Part shown: piece by piece, positions 13,100 to 31,478 of the stretch
Numbering within the stretch: the first letter of the stretch is position 1
How the letters are laid out: every line of letters begins with the position of its first letter
Assembly (NCBI RefSeq): GCF_000315625.1
Contig: NW_005434649.1
Location: 624,968-688,967 of the forward strand
Direction of reading: 5' to 3'
Origin: Guillardia theta CCMP2712
Taxonomy: Eukaryota > Protista > Cryptophyta
Length of the DNA stretch: 64,000 nt
Position numbers and translations under genes: made by a program
Notes under the pieces: generated by a model
What the model saw: only the letters and a program-made list of their open reading frames with translations
Database searches by the model: none
What the model was told of the DNA's origin: nothing

Positions 13100-13870
13100 A
13101 TGGCGAGCTCGCTCAATGCGAAGCAGGAGAGGCAGATCTTGAAACTCATGCAGGGAGGCTGCTCTAACCTGGACATCATGAACCACCCGAGCACAGAGGA
13201 TATTGAGGTGACCCTCGAGCAGCTCCAGCGCATGAGAGAGTTGTCGGGCCTTGAGGACGAGGAAGGGAAGTCGCGCAGGGGGAGGAGAGGAGAGGAACCT
13301 GAAGCTACGCGCGTGAGCGAGGTTGAGACTTCCTTGGTTCATCGAGCTCCTCCCAAGGTCTACGCCAAGATTCACTACAAGGACGAAGAGGGGCCGCTGG
13401 TGCTGAAGCGAGAGAGAAGCATCGCTGCCTCCTCCTCTGCCCGATACACGTCCTCCTTTCTCATGTCCTTCAGTCAGCAGCTCGGTCCTCTTCAGGGGAT
13501 GCACACTCTTGTGGGGGTGGGCCTCTACTTCATCGTCCTGTACCTGCTCCTCCTTCTCTGTGCGCACCTGGTCTTGGCCCTTGCTAGTTGGATCCTCTCT
13601 CACAAGCTCCTCTCCCTCTTTCTGACAGCCTCTTGCTGCTACGCGTATGCCGTGCAGGTCAACGGGGAGCCGCTGACGCTGTCGGAGGCGACACGAGACA
13701 AGGTCAGGTCCTCCCTCCTGCTGCTCGTCGCCATGGCCTGCGAGAGGAGCGCGAAGATGCTCGCAGTGGCACGAGTGATGCTGCAGGGGGGCGATGAAGG
13801 CAAACCAGTGGCATCGAGCTTGCGACAAGCGAGCGAACGATCAAGTGAAGCTGCTCACGCGGCGTCATAG
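13100..13870 (+). CDS. Hypothetical membrane protein
   Basis: ATG-started 256-aa ORF with natural composition and a hydrophobic stretch (VGVGLYFIVLYLLLLLCAHLVLALASWILS…). Confidence 0.55.
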   Translation: MASSLNAKQERQILKLMQGGCSNLDIMNHPSTEDIEVTLEQLQRMRELSGLEDEEGKSRRGRRGEEPEATRVSEVETSLVHRAPPKVYAKIHYKDEEGPLVLKRERSIAASSSARYTSSFLMSFSQQLGPLQGMHTLVGVGLYFIVLYLLLLLCAHLVLALASWILSHKLLSLFLTASCCYAYAVQVNGEPLTLSEATRDKVRSSLLLLVAMACERSAKMLAVARVMLQGGDEGKPVASSLRQASERSSEAAHAAS

Positions 13871-14019
13871 AAGCTTTGACCACTGTCTTTATTTACTTGT
13901 ATTGCTCGTTGTCTTTGAACTAATTGGTTCTTTGAAAGTGAATACTCTCACGACTTCTTCCCTGTCCCCTCCCTTCCCTCCTCTCATCCTCTTGCTGCTC
14001 TTCCTCAACCTGCGCTGGT

Positions 14020-16231
14020 CTCAGTGTCGACCGTCTCCAGCCCCCTCGAAACTTTCACCTCAATCACGTTCCTGCTGTTGGAAGAGACAAGCTGCTTTCT
14101 CTCAACTCTACATCTCTCTCTTTTCAGCATCAATACCGATCTCAATCAGCGATCAGGTTGTAGATAGACCTTGCAGGCGCGGGATCAAAGAACGGGAACG
14201 ACGGACAAGAGCCTTGTCCTGTTCTATATATGTCGTTGATGTTGTTGCTTCCTGGGCTGCTTTGGTTGCTTCTTCAAGCTCTCGGATTTTCCTCCAACAC
14301 CTATGAGCACACAACATGAGATATCATGAGACCAGAACCTTCTCTTCCACCTTGTATGCTCAGCCGCAGGTTCCTAACGGACTTGGCTTTAGGGTCGCAG
14401 GCCCAAATGTCCTTCAAGTCCATCAAAAGTTGGAGAGGAAGAGAGAGCAGTGGGAGAGAGGAGGAGGAGGGAGAGAGAGCATTGGAAGAAAGGAGGAAGA
14501 GGGAGGTACCTTCATGTTGTCATCCCAGCAGATATTCGTCACGCTCGTCCTGATGAGACATCAGAAGCGCAGTTAAGTGAGCGTGCAGGCGGCTAGAGCG
14601 CACATGTATCTCTCGCATGACGACCCCAGCCATCTCACGCCTTCCCTTGTCATCTCGAACGCCTGGATCCTCCTGTTCCTTGACTCCGCCACCTGCCCTC
14701 TGGGGTCAAGACCCTCAGAGTCTCCCCAGCTGCTCACGAGCAAGACTCCATCTGATCGCATCGCGAGGCCTGTCGGGTAGTTCAATTCGCCGACAAATCT
14801 GCCCCAGCCGCCAACGGCCGCTCCGAGCTCAGCTCCGTTGGTTGCATTGAAACTGAGACTCAACTTCAACCCATGGCACAACTTTGACATGGCTCACAAT
14901 CTCAAGACATGATTCCCGCTGTCCGCTACGATCAGCAGCAGAGGACACACTGGAGTATCTTTCACGACCAATACTGCATTGGGTAATCGCAAAGTCGTTG
15001 AAATCATCTGATACGCTTCCGCTACTTGGTTTGACTTTCAACCCAAAGTCATCTTCAGGTCCAAGAATGACTTCACTCACTTCCTGAGAGAGGTTCATGG
15101 GTAGATCTCTCCATCTCACAAACGAGCCATCTTCCTGCATGTCTGGTCAAGCAACAAGCTAGAGATACTCTGCAAGCACTCACCGGCACTTTCACTCGCA
15201 TCCCTGTCAAGTTGGCATGGATGAGATACTTGCAGGTCCCGTTGAGGTACAGAGCTTGCACACAGCAGCTCTCGGGATCGCAGACCCAAACCATGTCATC
15301 AACAGTTGAAACCATGTGACTGAGAAAGCAATCAACGCACTTGTCACTTGATCTCCTACTTGTATGCATTGTCAACTCACGGAAAGGAGAAGTTTCCTGG
15401 GGTAGGAATGTGTCGTCGCTTCCGCGGCTGCAGCCTGCCTGGCAGAGAGATTGAGAGGAGGATACAAATTTGAGGTCCAGCTCACCGAGACTCAAGCAGG
15501 AGAGGGGTTCTCCCTGAAATACCCGGATGACTCCACTACCACTGCATCGTCTCAGAGCTTGTGCCCTCCCTCTCCCCACACTCCAGCACCTGTCGGCAAC
15601 AAACATGCTTCCCTGCTCATTGATCGAGATCGAAGTCGGACCACGAAAGCAGTCGCTCTCGGTCCGGTATGCTATCGACTCCGTCTGGAAAGAAGATTGT
15701 GAGGGTGAAGAACAATCGCTGGAAGTAGATTGATCTTACTGCTCTGCCGGTGGACTTGTTCAACACGATGATTCTATTTCTATCTCGACATGTCAGAGGG
15801 TTCACCATGGCCGCTTGTCTCACCTGGAAACTTCAGCAACGTAGAGGTTTCGATCTCGTCCGATCTTGCAGTCCCAGGGCTCGTTCCTCAATACAACCTT
15901 CCTCACCTGCGCCCCCCGTCACCACTTGCCAGCCTCTGCAGCGCTCACGTGATGAAATTCACAACGAGAAGGTTGTGCCCGTCCTCCCACGTCTGCACAG
16001 TGTCAGAAGGAGACGCTAACAAGCTTGCGAGAAGAGCTGGCAGGATCCGAGTCCGAAACAGAAGCAGCGAAAACAAGATCGAGAGGGACAGCAAGGGAGG
16101 AGAGACAGGGAGGAGACACAAGGGAGACACAAGGGAGAAGCAAGGGAGATGATAGGAAAAAGATCCTCGTCTCTCTCCCCACCTGCCATGGACGTTTCTC
16201 TCGCCATTGCGAGTAGTAGCAGCCATAGCAT
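14020..16231 (-). CDS. Secreted NHL-repeat (beta-propeller) protein, multi-exon; 3' end approximate
   Basis: Exon 1 MLWLLLLAMARETSMAG then a GT donor. NHL-like segments GELNYPTGLAMRSDGVLLVS…AESRNRRIQAF, CRDRNRIIVLNKSTG, MFVADR and MVWVCDPESCCVQA. Confidence 0.65.
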
Positions 16232-16672
16232 CCGGCGTTAGCTGAGGCCCGGCACTGCACGTGACAGCTATGTGACTCGGACGTGCCCGGCATCGCCCCG
16301 CCCGGCCGGGCCGCCGGCGGTCAGTCACTCCGGGCATCCACCGTGACTGAAGGCCGAATGTAACGGTTAGTAACGACTCAGTTACTACCGGGAGGCCCCT
16401 AAAAAGTGATTTAGATAAGCCTGAAGGGCAGAAGTTGCCTGTCGATCTATTTTGGGGAGAATGCAGCAAGAGTCGGAGTAGCGGCAGAGGGCGAGCATGT
16501 TAGAACCTGGCTCGAGGGGAGAGAGGGAAGGTGGGAGAGGGGCCGGGGAGGTAGGGGAGGCCCTGACCTCGGAGGGAGCGGCAGAAGGCAGGTAGGAGGA
16601 TGACAGCGAAGAGGAAGGAAGAAAGGGCTGCGAGAAGGAATGTGCCTGGGGTAACGATGTGCTCAACGCAGC

Positions 16673-16956
16673 ATGTTCGCTCTTATCCGACAAGCTACTT
16701 CTTTGCTCTACATCGGCTCTATCGGAGTCGAGGGAGGACAGGGTCCCTCTGATTACCTCTACGGTAAGGGCACGAGACAGTGTTGCTCTGCTTCGCTGAC
16801 GCTGCTGCAGGCGACTACGACCTCACCGAGCGCAGAAACGTCAGGTCGGGCCTCGGAGACGACGAGGGCATGCCCGAGTACGCCACGGGAGATATCTATG
16901 TGAGGCTGAGGAGAGAAGCTCTGCGAGCCCCTGACTGTCTGCTGCAGGACCCTTGA
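16673..16956 (+). CDS. 62-aa acidic Gly/Asp/Tyr-rich micropeptide; exons 16673-16763, 16811-16899, 16948-16956
   Basis: Two canonical introns (47 and 48 nt; GTAAGG/GTGAGG donors, CTGAC branch, CAG acceptors) splice in frame to MFALIRQATSLLYIGSIGVEGGQGPSDYLYGDYDLTERRNVRSGLGDDEGMPEYATGDIYDP*. Confidence 0.7.
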
Positions 16957-19900
16957 AGCGCCCGCGCAGTAGACGCAGGTGTTGTATAGATTGAAGCTTG
17001 TCCTGAGTATCGAGAAGTTCTCTATCAGACGAAGATGAATCAAAGCTTGAAACTAGATCACTGCTCCGCTCCTCTAACCTAACGCCACTCCCTCTATCAT
17101 CTGCTCTGTGAAGTCCTGGCGCAACCTCAAAACCTCCCGAGCTTCCTCCGCTGTCAGTGCTGCTCCATCCGTCTCCTGCATCACATCGACCGCGTCTGCG
17201 ACCTGGGACAGCCATCACAGCATGACCGAGTGACGGCACGCGAACTCACCCTAGTCACTGAGAGAAGATAGGAGATCACGCGCAGTCGGTAGAGCACTTG
17301 ACGACCGTCAGCGTCGCTAACGTCCCCCCCCTGCAAGTCTTGAGACCCTGAGCACAGAAAGGCGGGCCAACCTCCTCGTCCTCGTCCTCGTCTTCCTCTC
17401 CTCCCACCCCCTCAGCTTGACGGACTTTCGATCCTCCGCAGAAGAGATTCGCGATTCCTCTGCTCGCTCGTCGCTCAGCTCGAAACTTGAGCATCTCCCT
17501 CAGACCTGATCTGAGCCTCCAGGCAGTGGCCGCCAGCCTCGGAGAACTTCTTCTGCTTCACCGCCTGCACAGAAGATGAGGAGGAGGGAGGGAGGAGCCG
17601 AGAGAGCGACCGCTTCCAGTCTGCTGGCAATGAGCCTCAGCATGTCGAGCAGGAGATCTCTGAAGACAGATCTCTTGCAAACAGCCTGCAGGAGCTTCAC
17701 GTAGGTGAACAACAAGAGCAAGTAGCTGACGGACCCGCAGGGGAACGAGAATCTGCGAGGAGTCAGCGAGAGGGTCGACAGTCTCCTCGTCTCACCTCCT
17801 CTATCGCTCGCTCAAGTCGTTTGATCAAGACGTCACCAGAGGATTTCTCGCTCAGCTGCAGGCAGATGTCAGCTGGGCCTCAGGTAAGCGCAGGAGGGTT
17901 ACAGGAGGAGCGTTGCTTCCTGTCTTCTTCATCACTGAGAGGATTGATCGAGTCGCCTGCTCCTGCTGTACGAAAACCTGACAACACAGTCAACATATGT
18001 TGAGCTCAGAGCCGAGTAAAGGTGAAGAGAAGAAATGTGAGTAGAGGAGAAGATGTAAGCACAACTTGATCTTGGTGGTCAGCCGCAAAGTTGGCACGAG
18101 AGACGATTCTATCAATGTGTCCGACCACGTCTGCTAGGGATGTCAACACGTCTGTCCCTCTCACCCGCTGCTCCTCCTCCCCTCGCTGTCACTTCACCTG
18201 GTGCGATCAAGTCCACCACCGTCCTCATCGATTCAGTCCTCAACTTCTCCAGCCCTGCAGCCTCTCCCTCACCTTCCCCACCATGCCAGCCAGCAGCTTC
18301 TGCTGCCACCTGACTTTATGTCGTCCAGCTCAGTCTGCATGGCCATGACGGAGCCACTGGCGGTCTGAGAGCAGGCAGATGAGAGGAGGACGAGAGAGGG
18401 AGATGAGAGACGAGGGGAGGAAGAAGAAAACTACAAGGAGCGCAATGCTGAGGACAGGACCGGGAAAGTTGACATGAAGTTGGCGGACAAGAAGTTTCTT
18501 GTCTTGACTGTGTATTCCACTGCCAGCGACACGTTGTTGAGATGATCGGTGAGCTGAGAAGCCTGTTGACACCATCTCAATCTAGTTGGGCGAGGTTCAG
18601 ACTTACCTCTCTGCTTGTTAGCTTCCTTGCCTTCACTTTCATCTCATTTCCTTCTCTGTATGGATTTTCAGCCTCCTCCTCCTCCTCCTCTTCCTCCTCC
18701 TCCCTTCCTCCTCTCAGGAGCAGTCCTCACCCGAAGAGTGGCTGCTGAATCTTGTCGCGGACGATCTCTACCACACTGAGCAGGACAACCTCAGCTGACT
18801 TCCTCGTTCTTCTCCCCCACCTGTTGGCGATCGGCAGCGCGGCGATCAAGGTAGAGCAGCGGAATGCTCGCATGCTGGAGGCAAGTGAGACAACACCGCT
18901 GGTGAGACAACAAGTTTCGTGCTCTCACCAGCACTTGCGGACGAGGAAGAAGAAATCTTCAAGCAGACTGCTCGAGTTGCTCTCCTCAATGTTCTTCTTG
19001 GCTCCTGACGCCTGAAAAACATCTTACTTCTCATCTCCCTCTTCACTCATCCTCCCTTCCTCCTCCTCCTCCTCCTCCTCCTCCTCCTCCTCCTCCTCCT
19101 CCTGTTACCTTTTCAACACACGTATTGAAGTAGAAGGTCTCGAGGAGAACATAATGTCCAGAGAGAGTCTGAGGACCCTGTCATCCCCGCATCCCCGCCC
19201 TCTCTTCGTTTTCTCCGTCAACCTGAAGTTCGTCGCTCAGCCTCTTGCTGAAGATGATCTGATTTCTCGCGCCTGCTGCACGTCAACCGACCGACTAAGA
19301 ACAGCAGCAGACTACCCATGTGCTTCCCAGCGAAGCCTTCGAACTTGTAGCAGATCTTGAGAGAAATCAGATCCCGGGGGAGAGGAAGAGGGGAGGAGAA
19401 AAGGGGAGGAGAAGAAGAGGAAGGGAGGGGACGGAGGGGAGTGAAGTGGAGGGAAGGGAAGGAGGGGAGAGAGGGGAAGGAGGAGACCTTCAAGAGCTGG
19501 CTGAGCTCTTCCAATCGTTCATCGACTTCATCGCAGTGAGAGGAGAGGAGGAGGAGAGCAGTCGCGAGGTACCTCTGAGAATGGAAGCTTTCAACTCGGC
19601 AATGCTCTCCTCGCTGAAGAAGACGAGGAGTGAGAAATCTTAAGGTGAAGGCAAAGAGTAAGAGACCTGCCCTCTTGTGTCTGCTGTACGAGAGCGGAGA
19701 TGTCTCTATCTTTGATGAAGAGCTCAACGAGCTTCAAAATGCCCTTTATCACAAGTTTCAGCTCCCAGACTGCGCATGTTCGCTCGCTGTTCACCTCTGA
19801 AGCTGTTGTCAAAGTCTGCTGCAAGAAGATTTCGAGAAGTTGACGGTCATTGATATCACTTTCTGCCTGTGACCAGAGAAGAAGATGAAGAGTCAAGAAA

Positions 19901-21450
19901 GCAAGGAGGGAGGAGTGAGGGAGGAGGGAGGGAGGAGTGAGGAGGAGGAGGAGGAGGAGGAGGACACGTCCCCATGCAACTCGAACTGCTGTAAACTGGA
20001 CGCGAAGATCATTTCCCTCCATGTACTTCATTTCCTCATCAACATGATTTGATGCATCACCGAGCATTTCTGTCTGCTCATCGAAAGAACGTCTGCCCCG
20101 TGCTCGCAGACTTGGGAATACCGTTTGAAAGAGCCTTTCCTTGCGATGCGATGNNNNNNNNNNNNNNNNNNNNNNNNNNNNNNNNNNNNNNNNNNNNNNN
20201 NNNNNNNNNNNNNNNNNNNNNNNNNNNNNNNNNNNNNNNNNNNNNNNNNNNNNATCGGGGCCGTGGAGGAGGGAGATGCGTTATGACACACCTGAGAAAT
20301 GATGGAGGCGACAACGTTGAGCGTTTCCTGTACAGAAAGGACATAGAGAGGATCATCGCTCTTTAGGTGCCCTCCTCCTCCTCCTCCTCCTCCTCCTCCT
20401 CCCCCCACCCCCCCCTCCACGCTCCGCGCGAGTCTCAAAGCTCCTTCAATGCGCTGAGCTCGAGCAAGAGCTTCGGATGAGATGGTCTTGAGAGTGACGG
20501 CAGATAGGAGGAGAAGGAAGATGTCGTCATTGCACAGGCAGGCTGACATCTTGAACAGCCCGAGCGCTTTTCCAGTCTTCCACGAGTTTGACTCACTCGC
20601 CTTGTCCGTGACAGTCGCGACATCTCCCAGCTTGTCTTTCATCTTCACCAGATCTTCTTCATCGCAGATCTCTACAAAACTTCTTTTGATGGCTCCGATG
20701 GCTTTCTGCTTGCATGCCTCCGCAAGCTCTTTCCTGACTTCGTCTTCAACTTCACTTGTCTGCACAAATCTGTCCAGCTCCAGGGCTAGAGAGACAGCCT
20801 CTTCTAACTTGGAAGGGTTCCCGTTGAGAGAGATGTAAAAGTTCTCAAGAGTTGATTGGAACTCGTCCTTCTCCTCCTCCTTCTCCTTCTCCCTCTCTTC
20901 CTCCTTCTCCTCTGCGACATCGTCGACGCCATCGCCTCTTCGCTGCTCGTTTCCTTGACTTTCCTCCACTGCTCCTTGCTCGTCCCGATTCGATTGTTGG
21001 CTTCCAGCCGGACTCGCCACATCTTCTGCTCGCACAAACGTCAGGTCTCCTCCTGATATCGTCTTCCATTTCTCCACTGCTCGGCCAGCAAACTTCTTCA
21101 CGTCCTTGAGGATCGAACGTCGACTGACCGCGAGACCGACCTGCTGCTGCATATCATTGAGACTGCCCTGCTCCATCGCCCTCTGCGCTCGCTGCGAGGG
21201 TTGAAGGAGCAGCGACATCTCTCTCTTGATCTCACGAGCTCGCTCGTAGCTCTCCTCCGTCATTGCCTCGTGCAGCTCCTGCTCCAGCTGCATGAGGTAG
21301 CCTCCCCCCGACGACGCTGCCGAGAAAGTCAGCTCCGACGAGTCCGAGAGCCCGAGAATCTTCTCGAGCGCCTTGGAGTCTTTCAGGAACTTCATCGTCA
21401 TGAGCATCTTGCTCGCCCTCCTGCTCGACCTGCAGAGTGAACGTCTCAGC
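16841..21450 (-). CDS. Large multi-exon alpha-helical hypothetical protein with an N-terminal UVR (UvrB/UvrC)-like motif; limits approximate
   Basis: Long ORF 20028-21767 containing QLEQELHEAMTEESYERAREIKREM (UVR-like), followed by a chain of minus-strand coding-like exons down to ~16.9 kb; contains an N gap. Confidence 0.5.
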
Positions 21451-21722
21451 ATAGCATGGCCCTCTCCCCTGTCCATCTCAACAACACCCTCCTGCTCCAT
21501 CTCCCTCACTCTACTTTCCCTGCCTGCCCTCCTCCTCCTCCTCCTCCTCCTCCTCCTCCTTTCCATCAACTCCAACATCCTTCCTGGCTCTCCTCCCCTT
21601 CCCTGTCTCTCCTGTCCCTGCCCCTCTGCTTCTTCCTCCTCCCCTATAGTGCATGTTTCTCGAAGAATTTGTCGGGGAACAGGGGAGTGAGGGGGATGAT
21701 TTTCGTGACAGGGACATCGAAA

Positions 21723-22533
21723 ATGCAGACAAGCCGGCTTGCGGTGGTTGCGATGCTCATACAGCATGCTGCGGGACTTGTAGCGCCCTCATCCCTTCCT
21801 CCTCGTCTTACCCTCCTCTCTCCCCTTCCGTCCTCGGCCTCTTCTCGTCTCTCCTCCTCGCCCGTTCGACCAGCAGCAGTGGCAATGTTGCGGGCAAGGA
21901 GGTTGACTGCTGCAGAGGAAGCCGAAGTTTCTCAAGTCCGAGCGAGGCTGGTGGAGGTCTTCAAGAAGTATGACAAGAACAGAGACGGGTGAGACTGGAG
22001 GGAGGACGAGGACGAGGGGATGATGTGGAGGAGGGGGAGGGGGAGGGGGAGGGGGGGGAGGAGGGCGAGGGTGAGACTAAACTCAGGCACTTGACACGAG
22101 ACGAGTACAACCAGTGGTGCATGGACACGAAACGAGGAGCGAGGATGATCACTAGTGATATTCGATATCTTGCGTTCTGCAAGGTCATGTACCACACTCA
22201 AGATTGCACGATGACGGCTGATACTGTTCTCTCAACAGACCATCAACTCCGACCCCTCCGTCGGCCTCTCCCTAGAGGGATTGGTCGGGCTGTATGCTCA
22301 GAAAGACCAGCAGGGAGACACCAGCCCTCTGCTGCGAGGGAACCTCCTCCTCCTCGCCTCCTCCTTGATCACATGCGTACTTACACTTCTTGCTCCATAT
22401 ATCTTGCCTGACGCACTTGGCAGCTTCTCCTCTCGGTCCCGTACTACCTCCCGAGCTGCACAGAGTAAGAGGAAGTGTCTCCAGAGGTTTCCTCACCACC
22501 TCTTGTAGGTACTGCAGGAAACTTCCGTTCTGA
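21723..22533 (+). CDS. EF-hand protein with signal/transit-like presequence, multi-exon
   Basis: MQTSRLAVVAMLIQHAAG followed by a Ser/Pro/Arg-rich transit-like region. EF loop split by an intron (VFKKYDKNRDG|HLTRDEYNQW). Last exons read LLLSVPYYLPSCTEYCRKLPF*. Confidence 0.65.
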
Positions 22534-22535
22534 GC

Positions 22536-24016
22536 TCAAGGCCGGAGGTGAGGAGGAAGGCTGTCTGCTGAAGGATACGAGTTCTGCGTGCCTTTCGATT
22601 GCACTGAGAAAGCAAACTGAGAGGCTCGGCCTTGCTTGCCCTCTCTTCACCTGTGATGGTTGCGATCTCTCCCGCCGCTTCCATGGCCTGAGAAGCACGT
22701 GAGCCAAGAGCTCCTTGCCAGAGGCCGAGGGAACCTGCTCCATGCTCTTCCCCGCTGCCACGTGGCTCGCCAGGGCTCCGAGATACGCGTCACCCGCTCC
22801 AGACGTGTCGACCACTTGCACCCGCTGCTGCCCAGCCGGCACACGATGAACTTTCACTTCCCTCCTGCTCCGCTTGTCAATCGCTCTGAGAGCCGTCAAA
22901 AGGCACAAACGTGTCTCCATCACCCGGTCGCACCAAGCAGCTTCCCCGCTCCCCGAGGGTGAAGAGGATTTGACTCGCTCCCAGCTCCATCCTACCCCAT
23001 GAAGTGAGCGAGAGGTGGCGGGGAGGAGGAGAGCAAACAATGTCAGCGATGCTCTCTTGATGGAATCCATCAGAGAAGACTCGTCTTCGCCCTCCACCTG
23101 CAACTTGGACATCTCCCTCGCCTCTGACTCGTTGACCTGGCCGACATGGTTTAGCAAGAGCGTCGCGCACGTGCGGCATGTGAGGTTACGCAGAGGACGT
23201 CGCACATGGAGAGCATCTCCTTGAAGTCCCGCCACTCGCCCTCCCTCCAGTTGGTCCCAACTCTAGGAGCAGGAGCAGCGTTGAGGATGACGAGGGGAGG
23301 GCTCTTGGACCCTCGAGCTATTCTCATGGCAGTATACGTCGTCGCTGGGGATATCTCATTCTGACAGAGAAGAACTTTACAGCTCGATATCGCCTGCTCA
23401 ACCAGCGAGCGAAGAAAACCATCAGCACCATCTCTCTGCCCGCTACTCCTCACCTCAGCCGCCCGCTCCACATCCTCCGGCTCAAGGCAAAGGTTGGCGC
23501 CGGGCACGATGACGATGCAGTTCTCCCCGCTCTTGGAGCTCACGGTGATCTGAGCGACACCAGAAGAGACTCCTTCTTTCACGTACATGTGGTCGAGACT
23601 CACGTTGCTCCTCCTCAGATTCTCTCGGGTCATGCTCGCAATCGCATCGTCCCCTAGCGCTGAGATCATCGTCGCGCTGCTCCCCAGCTTGGCCGCCATG
23701 ACGCATTGATTCGCTCCTTTCCCTTCCCACATCCCACGTCAGTCAACTCAAGTCCCACAAGTGCAACAGAGGGCTACCTCCGAACCCGGTCACGTAGGAG
23801 GAGCCATGGACGGTCTGACCTGGTGCTGGGATATCCTGCACGTAGACGGTCTGGAGGAGGAAGACAGTGAGAGGAAGCAGAAGCTTCTGCACCCCCACAA
23901 GAGTGTGCAAGACAGAATGAGAGCGAGTGAGCTCTCATTCACTGCCCCTCGCCTTCTCCTCCTCTCTCCCTCACCTGATCAAAGTTGCATGACCCCACCA
24001 CACACACCCCCGCCAT
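22536..24016 (-). CDS. RBKS: Ribokinase (PfkB family), multi-exon
   Basis: MAGVCVVGSCNFDQ; GKGANQCVMAAKLGS; LGDDAIA; SGVAQITV…GENCIVIVPGAN; LLCQNEI; ILNAAPA; VNESEA; VVDTSGAGDAYLGALA; VQSKGTQNSYP. Confidence 0.92.
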
Positions 24017-24356
24017 GATCCGCCTGCCTGCGGTAGTAGGGACTGAGAGCTGAGGCGGGCTGGGATTATGTCAAACTGACAAGATGGTAGCAAACTGAGC
24101 TTGGGAAGGAAAGCTCCTCCTCCTCCTCCTCCTCCTCCTCCTCCTCCTCCTCCTCCTTCCCATCTTGCTCCTTCTCCCTCTCCTCACCCTCTTGACCCTA
24201 TGGCTCCTGCTGCTTCAAATCTCCTCTAAGCCTCTTCCTCGTCCTCTTCCTCTTCCTTCAAGCCTTGTGCTCCTGCAGCAGATCTCTTTGAATGGTCTCT
24301 CGGTCTTCAGATTATTCGACATGGTGACTTTCATATGATACAAGGATCACAACCTG

Positions 24357-30200
<5,844 letters not shown>

Positions 30201-30842
30201 TCAACTCATGCTCTCACTGCCGTCCAACTTCATGAGCATCCCATCCAAGCGAGCATGCAGCCGAGTGTGTTTCTTTCCCAGCACTCGTACCTTGCCATCC
30301 TTGCACGCGAGAGTAAGCGATCGCTTCCTTTCTTCGATCACAGTTCCCTCCACCCCGACCAGCGAAGGTTCCCCCGCCTCCACCACCATGATGTCGGCTC
30401 CTATCCAATCCATCCTGCCTGCGTCACTGTAGCTGAGCATCTTCTTCCCTCTACTCTTTCCTTCTCTCAGACGCGTCAGTGTCTCTTCCTTCCACCACCT
30501 CCTGGTCGCCTCCAGCCCTTCTCCTACGTCAGCCTCTTGCGACCTGCCTCGCTTGAGACCTCGTGACTTGCGGGGCCTCTGCTCCTCCTGCAGTCGCTTT
30601 CTCTGCTTCTCGCGCTGCTTTCGTCCTCGTCTCATCAGGGACTCCACAGGGGCCTCTAGCAGAAGTACTTTCCCGCATACCTTCCCTTCATAGACTCCCT
30701 TGCCAAACTCACCCACACGCCTCTTGAGAAGCTGTTCAAGGTCTTGCTGATACGCCTCGTCTCTTGTCCCTGCAGCTGAGCCTTGTCCTTGTCCTTGTCC
30801 TCCTCCTGTTCGCTCCGCAAGCTTCTGGTACACGCTCGCCAT
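30201..30842 (-). CDS. POP4: RNase P/MRP subunit Rpp29/POP4
   Basis: C-terminal domain DWIGADIMVVEAGEPSLVGVEGTVIEERKRSL…GKVRVLGKKHTRL matches Rpp29; basic N-terminal region; apparently intronless. Confidence 0.82.
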   Translation of the reverse strand: MASVYQKLAERTGGGQGQGQGSAAGTRDEAYQQDLEQLLKRRVGEFGKGVYEGKVCGKVLLLEAPVESLMRRGRKQREKQRKRLQEEQRPRKSRGLKRGRSQEADVGEGLEATRRWWKEETLTRLREGKSRGKKMLSYSDAGRMDWIGADIMVVEAGEPSLVGVEGTVIEERKRSLTLACKDGKVRVLGKKHTRLHARLDGMLMKLDGSESMS

Positions 30843-31478
30843 GCGCTTCTTGCTTCTCCTTTTGGTTCTCTTCAAAAGTCTCCGACGAGGAGGGGATGAG
30901 GGGTGAAAGGACGGGTAGGGGTAGACCTCAGATGTGTGGGATACAGGTGGTAGGGGTAGGGGTAGGGGTAGGGGGTAAGGGGAGGGAAGTAGCTAATCAA
31001 GGCACGTGCGGTGGAAACGGAGCAGAGAAAGAGGGGGGAACAACTGAGATGTCTTGACTCAGAACCTGAGAGGTCTTGATGGCCTCCAGTCGAGTAACAA
31101 GATGTTCAACCATGATGTGAGTTGCTCTTCATTCCTGTCTCTTGCCTTTCCCTCTCCTTGCCTGGCCGGTGATTAATGCAATTTTGGTAATTTGCGTCCG
31201 ATGCGTGCTGAAGACACTACTGCTGCCTTCCTACTGAGGCCTCTCACTACCCCCATCCTTCAGCACTTCGTCTGACTGCCCATTCTCTGACACTTCTGCG
31301 CAGATAAGGCGATAGTGTATGGTGGTGATGTAGCATAATGAGATTTATTTGTACATAATAACGGAAGGTTATCCCAACTTCTTGCAGTTGAATCGAGTCA
31401 GAGGTCTGTTATAGAGTAAACACTTGCGAGCTCGCAGCTTCTTGCGTCACCCCCGATCGAATCTCCTGCTCGCACCAT

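Noticed and set aside
12953-13828. 291-aa minus-strand ORF
   Set aside because: Antisense to the more natural plus-strand ORF 13100-13870.
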